A stretch of DNA of 64,000 bases from Auanema rhodensis. Lineage: Eukaryota > Animalia > Nematoda. Where the stretch lies: the NCBI GenBank assembly GCA_964057225.1, contig OZ059897.1:10230001-10294000 (forward strand), in the 5' to 3' direction. Positions 1 to 13,400 of the stretch are shown here, in pieces. Under the pieces are notes generated by a model. The model saw only the letters and a list, made by a program, of their open reading frames with translations. It did no database searches and had not been told where the DNA came from. The position numbers and the translations under genes were made by a program. The number at the start of each line of letters is the position of its first letter. The first letter of the stretch is position 1.

Positions 1-137
1 CATTTTTGAAAACAATACTGTTAGTTGAACGTGATTAAATCGAAAATTGTTAGAACTTAAATAAGTATTTGAATTAAACAAATCTAACATGACAAGCAAG
101 CAATATGTTTATAGCATTTAAATTTCAGAACAAAAAA

Positions 138-209
138 TGCCCAAGACAGGAATCGAATCTGTGTCGCCACGGCCACAACGTGGAGTACTAACCACTATAT
201 TACTTGGGC
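138..209 (-). tRNA. tRNA-His(GUG), variant allele A10/A53 (possibly non-functional)
   Basis: Reverse complement GCCCAAG-TA-ATAT...CCACG-TTGTGGC-CGTGG...ACAGATTCGATTCCTGT-CTTGGGC-A; G10A and G53A relative to the canonical copies. Confidence 0.85.
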
Positions 210-469
210 CGATATTACAACAACTAAACAAAGTTATTGTGTTCATTGTTACTGAAAAGAACTAAGATTCTTCAATTTCTGTGTGACTACATGAAAATTC
301 TAATTCAATGACCAGAAATTGAAAGATGTCTTCATTTTTGAAAACAATACTGTTAGTTGAACGTGATTAAATCGAAAATTGTTAGAACTTAAATAAGTAT
401 TTGAATTAAACAAATCTAACATGACAAGCAAGCAATATGTTTATAGCATTTTAATTTCAAAACAAAAAA

Positions 470-541
470 TGCCCAAGACAGGAATCGAACCTATGTCGCC
501 ACGGCCACAACGTGGAGTACTAACCACGATACTTTATGTGC
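470..541 (-). pseudogene. tRNA-His pseudogene, acceptor stem 5' strand degenerate
   Basis: 5' end reads GCACATAAAGTATCGTGG instead of GCCCAAGTAGTATAGTGG. A similar degenerate copy is at 802-873. Confidence 0.8.
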
Positions 542-1681
542 CGGTATTACAACAACTAAACAAAGTTATTGTGTTCATTGTTACTGAATTGAACTAAGAT
601 TCTTCAATTTCTGTGTGACAACATGAAAATTCTAATTCAATGACCAGAAATTGAAAGATGTCTTCATTTTTGAAAACAATACTGTTAATTGAACGTGATT
701 AAATCGAAAATTGTTAGAACTTAAATAAGTATTTGAATTAAACAAATCTAACATGACAAGCAAGCAATATGTTTATAGCATTTTAATTTTAAAACAAAAA
801 ATGCCCAAGACAGGAATCGAACCTGTGTCGCCACGGCCACAACGTGGAGTACTAACCACGATACTTTATGGGCCGGTATTACAACAACTAAACAAAGTTA
901 TTGTGTTCATTGTTACTGAATTGAACTAAGATTCTTCAATTTCTGTGTGACAACATGAAAATTCTAATTCAATGACCAGAAATTGAAAGATGTCTTTATT
1001 TTTGAAAACAATACAGTTAATTGAACGTGATTTAATTGAAAATTGTTGGAACTTAAATAAGTATTTTAAGAAAACAAATCTAACATGACAAGCAAGCAAT
1101 GATTTCATAGCATTTAAATTTCAGAACAAAAAATGCCCAAGACAGGAATCGAATCTGTGTCGCCACGGCCACAACGTGGAGTACTAACCACTATATTACT
1201 TGGGCCGATATTACAACAACTTAACAAAGTTAGTGTGTTCAGTGTTACTGAATTGAACTAAGATTCTTCATTTCCTGTGTGACAACATGAAAATTCTAAT
1301 TCAAAGAACAGAAATTGAATTTTGTCTTTATTTTTGAAAACAATACGGTTGATTGAACGTGATTAAATTGAAAATTGTTAGAACTTGAATAAGTATTTGA
1401 ATTAAACAAATCTAACATGACAAGCAAGCAATATGTTTATAGCATTTTAATTTCAAAACAAAAAATGCCCAAGACAGGAATCGAACCTGTGTCGCCACGG
1501 CCACAACGTGGAGTACTAACCACTATATTACTTGGGCCGATATTACAACAACTTAACAAAGTTAGTGTGTTCATTGTTAATGAATTGAACTAAGATTCTT
1601 CAATTTCTGTGTGACAACATGAAAATTCTAATTCAATGACCAGAAATTGAATGATGTCTTTATTTTTGAATTTAATTTTAA

Positions 1682-4198
1682 TTATATTAATTTTTTTTCA
1701 ATATGAACAAACGGTAACATGTGTCCATTTTTCTTTGTTTTTGTGTGACATACAAAAGGTATGGCTAAAGGAATGTAAGTTATGATGGTGGGAAAATAGC
1801 TCCGCATCAATTCATCACTAACCGTTTCATGAATCTCATCTCCCTCAAGTGGTGGAGCTGTTGGGCTCAACATGATATGGTTTATTTTTAACATAGAAGT
1901 AGGGGAGAGATAACATTTTATAGTGAAATATAATGCTATCATTAGACATAATATCAGAGTTATACAACCGATGGTAATGAGTGTTCGTTCAATTGAACCT
2001 ATGCAAAAGTCAATGAACAGATCCCAATTGGAGAAAACAATTTTCCTGGCATCTCTTATAAGTTTACTTCCTTTGAAGATGAAAGAGGAAATTTGAGGCC
2101 AATCATGTGAACGAGAAATTACGCGGAGAAGATCATGGTGAGGGGAAGTAGATAAACTATAACCATAAGTTAATCCAATAGATAGGGCTAAGGATTTTTC
2201 AGTCGAATTTTCAAACAAATTCCGCCCTGTGAATCGAAGTTTACTCAATTCAGCATAATGATCATGTTTTTCTGAATGAATACTATCTACTTTATGTGTG
2301 TCACCTTTATAATCTCTCCATGTTCCATTTTCATACCAAATCTCTGTCTCTTTGTGTTCACAATTGATCTCATGTCCTTCAGTGCTCAAATCGTAGCTAT
2401 CGATAGGAGCAAAGAATAATTGTTTATCGTGTGTTAAAACAGGGGTCTCTGCATAACATTTATCATTGTAAGAATGATTACGATAAATGAAATGTGGTTC
2501 TATTTCCTGACAAGTTGTTATTTTTAAAACATTTCTTCCAACAAATCGGGCAACGATATCATCCCGCTGAAGCATAGCTCGTACTCCTATTGTAGGATGT
2601 ATACGTAATATAGCTTGCCAGCTTTTTACAGTTTCCATTTGAGATTTACAGATGGTATGAAACTGTTGATGAAATTCGTCAATTATGGAGAGACGCGCTT
2701 TCTCAAACCCATAATTCAACTTATTATCTATTATCGTTTTAGTTTTATGCTCTGATTTGTGGAGAACATTGTCATATACTTCTGCTACATACAACTCTCG
2801 ACCTCTCTCGTACGCATTAGGGGTAGGAGTTGTTAAACTACGAATTGTAGTTTTGGTGGAAGTTATTGGGGTTACAGTAGTATGCTGTACCATATTTTTA
2901 TCAGTTGTGATTTGAGTTTTAACCCAACTTATGAATTCTAAAACTTCTGTTTTATTGAATTTAGGATTTTCCTGTGGGTATTCGATGGACTGTGGAGGAA
3001 ATCCATAATATGCTGTACTATTCTTTGTATAAAGGTTGTGATAGTCAGGCAGCTTTGATATAATTGCTAAATCTTGCTCTTGGTTGTTTCTAACAGTAGC
3101 ATCAGCTTTTTGTTGTCGACTGACTTGCATGTCACGAGATATTTGTTCTTTTCCCGATTGTTGTTGGATCATGAATAACATGCCTTGAGCAGTTGCAATA
3201 ATTTCAGATGGATTCATATTTCCACTGCGTGGTAATATAGATGGATATAAGGTTCTTGCCAACTGTTCGATTGATGGAACTGTTTGTGTACCATCAAGAA
3301 TTGGGGCTTGATATACTACTGCGTGAGCCATTCCTCGAAAGAAATCTTCTATGGATGTTGTAGATTTCATCAAAGATCTTTTTAACCGAGAAACTTCTAT
3401 ACGACGAGCTACTTGAGTGATAAGATCATCCAATTTCATGCTATTAATCATCTGTCTAGTAGCCAGTTTAATTTCCTCTATACCCATACATTGTAAAATC
3501 AAAAGATTGGGATCTTTGAAATTATTAGACTTTGCCCAGTTAGTTATGTGATCTTTTGTCAATCCTAAACTAACAATTGTGTCAATGAACAGTGGATTAT
3601 CTATCGCGAATTGGAGCAAACTCTCATAAGATGATGTAGCTGCATATCTCATATATTTTGCGTAAAACTTAGTGATAGATGCAGATCCAAAAATGAAAGT
3701 AGGTCTTAGAAATGGAAACGCATATGGTTGGGATTTCGCATTAACAAAAAGATAATCATCACTGAAAGAGCGATGTTTTTGAGGTAATGCATTACGTTTA
3801 TTTCTGCGTCTATCAGCATTAAGCAAAGTATTGGAAAGATCAAGCAAATTATAAACACGGGGATATGCTGTGAATCGGATAATTGCCTCAGAGGATGATT
3901 CAAAAACAGCGAATTCGAAACAAGATTGAACGTGAGCGGATGTGGAATGATTTTGGAGAACAAAAGCGCTTTCAATAGAGTGAACTAGAAAAATATGATC
4001 ACCCAACATGGCGGAGAAGGGGCCAAGTTTTTGATAGTGACAGACAACTGATGGGATAGGTGGTTGCCAGATAACTGCACCTTCACCAGGTGCACAAAAC
4101 CCTTCATTTCCTTTACAATTATCAGTATTTATAAATAAGTCTGATACAATGTGATCTTCTTTCAATCTAGTTATTATCCCTCGCTTCAATACAAATTG
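1682..4198 (-). pseudogene. env: E1 polyprotein continuation: class III fusion glycoprotein ectodomain, TM, cytoplasmic linker, first residues of protease
   Basis: Same frame as the upstream ORF after one TAA (4199-4201). Furin site RRRNKR; gB-like WQAILRIHPTIGVRAMLQRDDIVARFVG...C...CYAETPV; TM LITIGCITLILCLMIALYF; PTAP motif. Confidence 0.8.
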
Positions 4199-5794
4199 TT
4201 AAATTTCTACACATTCTTCAGTGGACCAAGAGCGAGTTGGATTATGCTCGTTTAATGGTGTTTCAAAAACTGAATGCTGTTGGGCATTCATGATTTTATC
4301 ATTCCACATACGATTTCTATGTGCTCGAACACAATCTTTCTTATCTACTGTTTCAATATGAGAGAATGTGGTGTTACGATCTCTCAAAAACATGAAATCT
4401 CTCACACAGCTTTTATACTTTTTCACATAGCATTTCCATGCTTCCCATGACTCTATCTCAGCCTTTGGTAGATATATTTCTACCTCAACACTGTGAGCCT
4501 TCTCAATTTCTGCCTTATGGCAGCCTGTGACCACAGGAGGTGTTACTAATATATCTCCTTCAGATTGAGCGCAAATCTGATATTTTGCCGACCCAAAGGG
4601 AAGGCATGAGAGTGCCAATAAAGTCAGGCACAACGTGACCGGTGGCATGAATGGGGTCGCTACGCTGTATACCCTTGAGTTACCATTCCCATTGGCTGAT
4701 GGTCTTTGTCTTCTTGGGGAACTAGGCCTAGGGTTCCAAGACGAGCTATTGGCATTTCTGCCATTCGCAAATGGGCGGTTTCCCGGGTTAGGACGCCTAT
4801 TCATATTCCCGTTCTGCGAGTTATTATTATTATAACGTGCGGCAGAAGGTCGCTCTCTCTCTCGCTCATAATCATTAGAGCCATTATTGTGCTGAGTCCA
4901 GTTATTATTTTTTTTATAATTTTTATAATTTTTATAATTTTTATTATTATTATTATTCCTACTTCTTTCTCTTTCTTCACTAAAGCTTAATTTATGCTGT
5001 AGAGCATTTATGAGCTCCTTCAAGGTGCTAGTGTCTTCACTTCTTTTCATGAAGCTATTTCGAACGCCTTCTTCAAACCTAGCTAATTTCTTAGCTTGTT
5101 CATAAGTGGCGGGGTTTTTAGTTAAAACCGCAATACCCAGTTCCTCTTTTAAACCATTTAAAAATGCCGTTTTCAACATTGGTTCCCGCTCGGGATCCAT
5201 TGGTGACATTATGGTGCTTGCCATTCTCTCTAATTCCATACTAAAATCAAGAACAGATTTATCTCCTTGTTGTACTCGATGAATAAGCGCTATGGTGAAA
5301 TTTTTATCTGTTTTAGGCGCTAAAAGCTCAGTGAGCTGATCCATCAAAACAATCCATGGGCCATTAGTTCTTATGCCACTAGGAATACTATTATACAAGG
5401 AGAGAGCTGTTTCATTTGATTCCAAAAGAAGAGGCAAAATTAATAGTCTCTCAGGTAAGCTTAGATTCATAACATTAAAAAATCTATTTAAAGATTCAAC
5501 AAAAGAACGAAAGCTACGAGAGCCGTCATACCTGGGACAGAGATGGCAATTCAAAATAGTTGCCATATTTCTAGAGGGTGGAGCAACATTAGAATTAGGA
5601 GATGGAGAGGTAGGAGTCATTTTTCTCTCAAAAGCTTTAGTTATAGCAGCGGCCCACCGACTTGGTGATCTATTTCGTACTGTAGTAGGTGCCCGAGGTG
5701 TTTCCTCAGTGATGGCCTTTCTGCTTTTACTTCTCGTTCTAATTGTTAGAGAAGAAGAGTGAGAAGAAGAAGAGGAATCACCTTCTTCTCTCAA
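4199..5794 (-). CDS. gag: E1 polyprotein N-terminal part: Gag (capsid, Asn/Arg-rich NC region), internal signal peptide, start of glycoprotein; ends at premature in-frame TAA
   Basis: PRYDGSRSF...QQGDKSV...FLNGL retrotransposon-Gag motifs; hydrophobic VTLCLTLLALSCLPFGSA|KYQIC; WEAWKC. The true start codon is uncertain (track uses TTG). Confidence 0.85.
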   Translation of the reverse strand: MREEGDSSSSSHSSSLTIRTRSKSRKAITEETPRAPTTVRNRSPSRWAAAITKAFERKMTPTSPSPNSNVAPPSRNMATILNCHLCPRYDGSRSFRSFVESLNRFFNVMNLSLPERLLILPLLLESNETALSLYNSIPSGIRTNGPWIVLMDQLTELLAPKTDKNFTIALIHRVQQGDKSVLDFSMELERMASTIMSPMDPEREPMLKTAFLNGLKEELGIAVLTKNPATYEQAKKLARFEEGVRNSFMKRSEDTSTLKELINALQHKLSFSEERERSRNNNNNKNYKNYKNYKKNNNWTQHNNGSNDYERERERPSAARYNNNNSQNGNMNRRPNPGNRPFANGRNANSSSWNPRPSSPRRQRPSANGNGNSRVYSVATPFMPPVTLCLTLLALSCLPFGSAKYQICAQSEGDILVTPPVVTGCHKAEIEKAHSVEVEIYLPKAEIESWEAWKCYVKKYKSCVRDFMFLRDRNTTFSHIETVDKKDCVRAHRNRMWNDKIMNAQQHSVFETPLNEHNPTRSWSTEECVEI

Positions 5795-6933
5795 AAATTC
5801 AAAAGGAGAGAGGTAGGTGGATGGAGTATTTAAGTTTTTAGAATTAAATTCAAAAACTTGGCGTACCTCTGGTGATCCTTGTTCCTGATCTTTGTTTTCC
5901 TCGCTGATGTCCGAGTCCGACAGGGTGGCTGGTGAATACAGTTAGATGAATATAAGAGCGCGTACTGGAAGCAACTAGACTCCAGTAAAAACGTTTGTGA
6001 CAATGGCGTCTGATGAAGGAGGATCGTTGAAGCTTCAAGCTCCGCCTCCAGCCATGTGTCACGACACCAGATGTTAGCGCTTATGGTAAACAACCATTGA
6101 CCGTCTGTCGTGATATTTGAATATTATAATCACTTATGTCAGCTTAGAGACAAATAAGGAATCACAGATGGTGCCTTAAGCCTGTTTGAAAACTTTTGAA
6201 TTTTAACAGCTGTTATTGACTACACATATCGAACAGCTGGTACGCGTGGGCCAACTATTTGAATGTGAGTAAGCTTAAAGTAAACAAAAATGTCTCATCT
6301 CGTATATTAAGTTCAATTTTATAAAGTTTATTAAGATTTGTAGAAAGAATTTCAAAATAAATCTTAATTAAGATAATTTTTAATTTAATTTCAAAAGATT
6401 TAGAAGGTAATTTAAGATTGATATAGGAATTTAAATTCAGTAATCTGTCAATAATATAGGAAAAAGGAAACGTTGGCAGACGTAGAGTGGACTTGGGTGG
6501 GTAGGAATTTAAATATTCTTATTATCTCTGAACTAATAAGAAAAGAGTTAACAGGAGTAGAACCCTGATGAACCCTTGGATGTGAATCAAAATCAAAAAT
6601 CGTAAATAAAATTATCCCAACAGCCTCCAGCTTCCAAACAACTCAGCTAAAAAGTGAGCTCTGTTGCCACACTGGACATTCACATCATAAAGTAATGAAT
6701 CAAAATAGCACGCGCGTGCATAACAAAAAGGTAACGCTCGTCAAAACTATTGTCTGATAGTTTCCCCAAACGTCTCAGACACCTCCCAGTTTTCGTTGAG
6801 CGGAGGAGAAGTGGTAGCCAAAATAATTTTTGGGGAAATCATGGTGCACGGCTCGGTTACTCCTCACTGTTGGGTAATTAAGTCCAAAAGTCTCGTAAAC
6901 TTGCTGTCAATAAATTAACAGTAAAGTAAGCAA

Positions 6934-6946
6934 GGTGGAACCTCCA
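6934..6946 (-). promoter_or_regulatory. Primer-binding site of E1, complementary to tRNA-Gln 3' end
   Basis: TGGAGGTTCCACC directly after the LTR end ...ATGTAACG. Eukaryotic tRNA-Gln ends ...CTCGGTGGAACCTCCA. Confidence 0.85.
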
Positions 6947-7330
6947 CGTTACATATTGTTTCTTCCCGTCTTTTCATGGTCGGAAGATATATGTACTTCT
7001 ACCTTGTTCCTTAGGTAGGCAGACCCGAACGACCCGATTTCCTTATTAAGACAAATACTTAAAGCGAAAAGGATTCATTATCAGATAACAAGAAAATACA
7101 ATATAAGAATTACATTAAGAAAGAATATAAAGAGATATAATAAAGTATTAAATAGAGTATATATATAGATGATATAGAGATGAGACTCACATGGCTATAA
7201 GACAACCTATATGGGTTAGGCCAGAAGCAAGAGTGCCATGTGTGTCCCATGTTGTGGGCGGGGCTTGTTCAGGCTCCCGCTATTTGAATAGCGCGCACAT
7301 GTTTACCATATGCTTGCAGATGTGACAATG
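6947..7330 (-). repeat. E1 5' LTR (outer terminus apparently clipped)
   Basis: Abuts the PBS. Inner end is CGTTACATATTG on +; outer end GACAATGT resembles its inverted repeat but merges into array sequence ATGTTTATAGC. Confidence 0.65.
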
Positions 7331-7360
7331 TTTATAGCATTTTAATTTCAAAACAAAAAA

Positions 7361-7471
7361 TGCCCAAGACAGGAATCGAACCTGTGTCGCCACGGCCACA
7401 ACGTGGAGTACTAACCACTATACTGTCGCCACGGCCACAACGTGGAGTACTAACCACTATATTACTTGGGC
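7361..7471 (-). pseudogene. tRNA-His copy with internal 39-bp tandem duplication (D-loop to variable loop)
   Basis: TGTCGCC...CCACTATA occurs at 7385 and again at 7424. Confidence 0.9.
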
Positions 7472-10400
7472 CGATATTACAACAACTTAACAAAGTTAGT
7501 GTGTTCATTGTTACTGAAATGAACTAAGAGATTCCTGTCTTGGGCATTTTTTGTTTTGAAATTTAAATGCTATGAAATTATTGCTTGCTTGTCATGTTAG
7601 ATTTGTTTAATTTAAATACTTATTTAAGTTCTAACAATTTACGATTTAATCACGTTCAATCAACTGTATTGTTTTCAAAAATAAAGACATCTTTCAATTT
7701 CTCGTCATTGAATTAGAATTTTCATGTTGTCACACAGAAATTGAAGAATCTTAGTTCAATTCAGTAACACTGAACACACTAACTTTGTTAAGTTGTTGTA
7801 ATATCGGCCCAAGTAATATAGTGGTTAGTACTCCACGTTGTGGCCGTGGCGACACAGATTCGATTCCTGTCTTGGGCATTTTTTGTTTTGAAATTTAAAT
7901 GCTATAAAATTATTGCTTATTTGTCATGTTAGATTTCTTTAATTTGAATACTTATTCAAGTTCTAACAATTTTCGATTTAATCACGTTCAATCAACCGTA
8001 TTGTTTTCAAAAATAAAGACAAAATTCAATTTCTGTTCATTGAATTAGAATTTTCATGTTGTCACACAGGAAATGAAGAATCTTAGTTCAATTCAGTAAC
8101 ACTGAACACACTAACTTTGTTAAGTTGTTGTAATATCGGCCCAAGTAATATAGTGGTTAGTACTCCACGTTGTGGCCGTGGCGACACAGATTCGATTCCT
8201 GTCTTGGGCATTTTTTGTTTTGAAATTTAAATGCTATGAAATTATTGCTTGCTTGTCATGTTAGATTTGTTTAATTAAAATACTTATTTAAGTTCCAACA
8301 ATTTTCGATTAAATCACGTTCAATCAACCGTATTGTTTTTCAAAATAAAGACAAAATTCAATTTCTGTTCATTGAATTAGAATTTTCATGTTGTCACACA
8401 AAAATTGAAGAATCTTAGTTCATTTCAGTAACAATGAACACACTAACTTTGTTAAGTTGTTGTAATATCGGCCCAAGTAATATAGTGGTTAGTACTCCAC
8501 GTTGTGGCCGTGGCGACACAGGTTCGATTCCTGTCTTGGGCATTTTTTGTTTTGAAATTTAAATGCTATGAAATTATTGCTTGCTTGTCATGTTAGACTT
8601 GTTTAATTTAAATACTTTTTCAAGTTCCAACAATTTTCGATTAAATCACGTTTAATTAACCGTATTGTTTTCAAAAATAAAGACATCTTTCAATTTCTGG
8701 TCATTGAATTAGAATTTTCATGTTGTCACACAGAAATTGAAGAATCTTAGTTCATTTCAGTAACAATGAACACAATAACTTTGTTTAGTTGTTGTAATAT
8801 CGGCCCAAGTAGTATAGTGGTTAGTACTCCACGTTGTGGCCGTGGCGACACAGGTTCGATTCCTGTCTTGGGCATTTTTTGTTTTGAAATTAGAATGCTA
8901 TAAACATATTGCTTGCTTGTCATGTTAGATTTGTTTAATTTAAATACTTATTTAAGTTCCAACAATTTTCGATTTAATCACGTTCAATCAACTGTATTGT
9001 TTTCAAAAATAAAGACATCTTTCAATTTCTGGTCATTGAATTAGAATTTTCATGTTGTCACACAGAAATTGAAGAATCTTAGTTCATTTCAGTAACAATG
9101 AACACACTAACTTTGTTAAGTTGTTGTAATATCGGCCCAAGTAATATAGTGGTTAGTACTCCACGTTGTGGCCGTGGCGACACAGATTCGATTCCTGTCT
9201 TGGGCATTTTTTGTTCTGAAATTTAAATGCTATGAAATTATTGCTTGCTTGTCATGTTAGACTTGTTTAATTTAAATACTTTTTCAAGTTCCAACAATTT
9301 TCGATTAAATCACGTTTAATTACTGTATTGTTTTCAAAAATAAAGACAAAATTCAATTTCTGTTCATTGAATTAGAATTTTCATGTTGTCACACAGGAAA
9401 TGAAGAATCTTAGTTCATTTCAGTAACAATGAACACAATAACTTTGTTTAGTTGTTGTAATATCGGCCCAAGTAGTATAGTGGTTAGTACTCCACGTTGT
9501 GGCCGTGGCGACACAGGTTCGATTCCTGTCTTGGGCATTTTTTGTTTTGAAATTAGAATGCTATAAACATATTGCTTGCTTGTCATGTTAGATTTGTTTA
9601 ATTTAAATACTTATTTAAGTTCCAACAATTTTCGATTTAATCACGTTCAATCAACTGTATTGTTTTCAAAAATAAAGACATCTTTCAATTTCTCGTCATT
9701 GAATTAGAATTTTCATGTTGTCACACAGAAATTGAAGAATCTTAGTTCAATTCAGTAACACTGAACACACTAACTTTGTTAAGTTGTTGTAATATCGGGC
9801 CAAGTAATATAGTGGTTAGTACTCCACGTTGTGGCCGTGGCGACACAGATTCGATTCCTGTCTTGGGCATTTTTTGTTTTGAAATTAGAATGCTATAAAC
9901 ATATTGCTTATTTGTCATGTTAGATTTCTTTAATTTGAATACTTATTCAAGTTCTAACAATTTTCGATTTAATCACGTTCAATCAACCGTATTGTTTTCA
10001 AAAATAAAGACAAAATTCAATTTCTGTTCATTGAATTAGAATATTCATGTTGTCACACAGGAAATGAAGAATCTTAGTTCAATTCAGTAACACTGAACAC
10101 ACTAACTTTGTTAAGTTGTTGTAATATCGGCCCAAGTAATATAGTGGTTAGTACTCCACGTTGTGGCCGTGGCGACACAGGTTCGATTCCTGTCTTGGGC
10201 ATTTTTTGTTTTGAAATTTAAATGCTATGAAATTATTGCTTGCTTGTCATGTTAGATTTGTTTAATTAAAATACTTATTTAAGTTCCAACAGTTTTCGAT
10301 TAAATCACGTTCAATCAACCGTATTGTTTTTCAAAATAAAGACAAAATTCAATTTCTGTTCATTGAATTAGAATTTTCATGTTGTCACACCGGAAATGAA

Positions 10401-13400
10401 GAATCTTAGTTCATTTCAGTAACAATGAACACACTAACTTTGTTAAGTTGTTGTAATATCGGCCCAAGTAATATAGTGGTTAGTACTCCACGTTGTGGCC
10501 GTGGCGACACAGATTCGATTCCTGTCTTGGGCATTTTTTGTTTTGAAATTTAAATGCTATAAAATTATTGCTTATTTGTCATGTTAGATTTCTTTAATTT
10601 GAATACTTATTCAAGTTCTAACAATTTTCGATTTAATCACGTTCAATCAACCGTATTGTTTTTAAAAATAAAGACAAAATTCAATTTCTGTTCATTGAAT
10701 TAGAATTTTCATGTTGTCACACAGGAAATGAAGAATCTTAGTTCATTTCAGTAACAATGAACACACTAACTTTGTTAAGTTGTTGTAATATCGGCCCAAG
10801 TAATATAGTGGTTAGTACTCCACGTTGTGGCCGTGGCGACACAGATTCGATTCCTGTCTTGGGCATTTTTTGTTCTGAAATTTGAATGCTATGAAATTAT
10901 TGCTTGCTTGTCATGTTAGATTTGTTTAATTTAAATACTTATTTAAGTTCTAACAATTTACGATTTAATCACGTTCAATCAACTGTATTGTTTTCAAAAA
11001 TAAAGACATCTTTCAATTTCTCGTCATTGAATTAGAATTTTCATGTTGTCACACAGAAATTGAAGAATCTTAGTTCAATTCAGTAACACTGAACACACTA
11101 ACTTTGTTAAGTTGTTGTAATATCGGCCCAAGTAATATAGTGGTTAGTACTCCACGTTGTGGCCGTGGCGACACAGGTTCGATTCCTGTCTTGGGCATTT
11201 TTTGTTTTGAAATTTAAATGCTATGAAATTATTGCTTGCTTGTCATGTTAGACTTGTTTAATTTAAATACTTTTTCAAGTTCCAACAATTTTCGATTAAA
11301 TCACGTTTAATTAACCGTATTGTTTTCAAAAATAAAGACATCTTTCAATTTCTGGTCATTGAATTAGAATTTTCATGTTGTCACACAGAAATTGAAGAAT
11401 CTTAGTTCATTTCAGTAACAATGAACACACTAACTTTGTTAAGTTGTTGTAATATCGGCCCAAGTAATATAGTGGTTAGTACTCCACGTTGTGGCCGTGG
11501 CGACACAGATTCGATTCCTGTCTTGGGCATTTTTTGTTCTGAAATTTAAATGCTATGAAATTATTGCTTGCTTGTCATGTTAGACTTGTTTAATTTAAAT
11601 ACTTTTTCAAGTTCCAACCATTTTCGATTAAATCACGTTTAATTAACTGTATTGTTTTCAAAAATAAAGACAAAATTCAATTTCTGTTCATTGAATTAGA
11701 ATTTTCATGTTGTCACACAGGAAATGAAGAATCTTAGTTCATTTCAGTAACAATGAACACAATAACTTTGTTTAGTTGTTGTAATATCGGCCCAAGTAGT
11801 ATAGTGGTTAGTACTCCACGTTGTGGCCGTGGCGACACAGGTTCGATTCCTGTCTTGGGCATTTTTTGTTTTGAAATTAGAATGCTATAAACATATTGCT
11901 TGCTTGTCATGTTAGATTTGTTTAATTTAAATACTTATTTAAGTTCCAACAATTTTCGATTTAATCACGTTCAATCAACTGTATTGTTTTCAAAAATAAA
12001 GACATCTTTCAATTTCTGGTCATTGAATTAGAATTTTCATGTTGTCACACAGAAATTGAAGAATCTTAGTTCATTTCAGTAACAATGAACACACTAACTT
12101 TGTTAAGTTGTTGTAATATCGGCCCAAGTAATATAGTGGTTAGTACTCCACGTTGTGGCCGTGGCGACACAGATTCGATTCCTGTCTTGGGCATTTTTTG
12201 TTCTGAAATTTAAATGCTATGAAATTATTGCTTGCTTGTCATGTTAGATTTGTTTAATTTAAATACTTATTAAAGTTCTAACAATTTACGATTTAATCAC
12301 GTTCAATCAACTGTATTGTTTTCAAAAATAAAGACATCTTTCAATTTCTCGTCATTGAATTAGAATTTTCATGTTGTCACACAGAAATTGAAGAATCTTA
12401 GTTCAATTCAGTAACACTGAACACACTAACTTTGTTAAGTTGTTGTAATATCGGCCCAAGTAATATAGTGGTTAGTACTCCACGTTGTGGCCGTGGCGAC
12501 ACAGATTCGATTCCTGTCTTGGGCATTTTTTGTTTTGAAATTTAAATGCTATAAAATTATTGCTTATTTGTCATGTTAGATTTCTTTAATTTGAATACTT
12601 ATTCAAGTTCTAACAATTTTCGATTTAATCACGTTCAATCAACCGTATTGTTTTCAAAAATAAAGACATCTTTCAATTTCTCGTCATTGAATTAGAATTT
12701 TCATGTTGTCACACAGAAATTGAAGAATCTTAGTTCAATTCAGTAACACTGAACACACTAACTTTGTTAAGTTGTTGTAATATCGGGCCAAGTAATATAG
12801 TGGTTAGTACTCCACGTTGTGGCCGTGGCGACACAGATTCGATTCCTGTCTTGGGCATTTTTTGTTTTGAAATTAGAATGCTATAAACATATTGCTTATT
12901 TGTCATGTTAGATTTCTTTAATTTGAATACTTATTCAAGTTCTAACAATTTTCGATTTAATCACGTTCAATCAACCGTATTGTTTTCAAAAATAAAGACA
13001 AAATTCAATTTCTGTTCATTGAATTAGAATATTCATGTTGTCACACAGGAAATGAAGAATCTTAGTTCAATTCAGTAACACTGAACACACTAACTTTGTT
13101 AAGTTGTTGTAATATCGGCCCAAGTAATATAGTGGTTAGTACTCCACGTTGTGGCCGTGGCGACACAGGTTCGATTCCTGTCTTGGGCATTTTTTGTTTT
13201 GAAATTTAAATGCTATGAAATTATTGCTTGCTTGTCATGTTAGATTTGTTTAATTAAAATACTTATTTAAATTCCAACAGTTTTCGATTAAATCACGTTC
13301 AATCAACCGTATTGTTTTTCAAAATAAAGACAAAATTCAATTTCTGTTCATTGAATTAGAATTTTCATGTTGTCACACCGGAAATGAAGAATCTTAGTTC

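Larger units (their letters stand above)
1..1670 (-). repeat. Tandem tRNA-His(GUG) array, left block, 332-bp unit, 5 copies on minus strand
   Basis: tRNA-like 72-mers at 138-209, 470-541, 802-873, 1134-1205 and 1466-1537 (332-bp period). Spacer is the reverse complement of the plus-strand array spacer. Confidence 0.95.
1698..7330 (-). mobile_element. E1: 3'-truncated Gypsy-type LTR element (5' LTR, PBS, gag, env; pol lost)
   Basis: LTR 6947-~7330, PBS 6934-6946, gag-env frames. The sequence breaks at LPFVHIE just before the protease motif and joins the array through an AT-rich stretch (1671-1697). Confidence 0.9.

Noticed and set aside
926-1108. Short ORFs in array spacers (also 27337-27528)
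   Set aside because: Chance frames in AT-rich repeats, not open in most sibling units.
4190-4201. Programmed readthrough at TAA-CAA-TTT in E1
   Set aside because: E2 and E4 have Ser (TCA) at the aligned position and the stop lies mid-ectodomain, so a nonsense mutation in a truncated copy is simpler.
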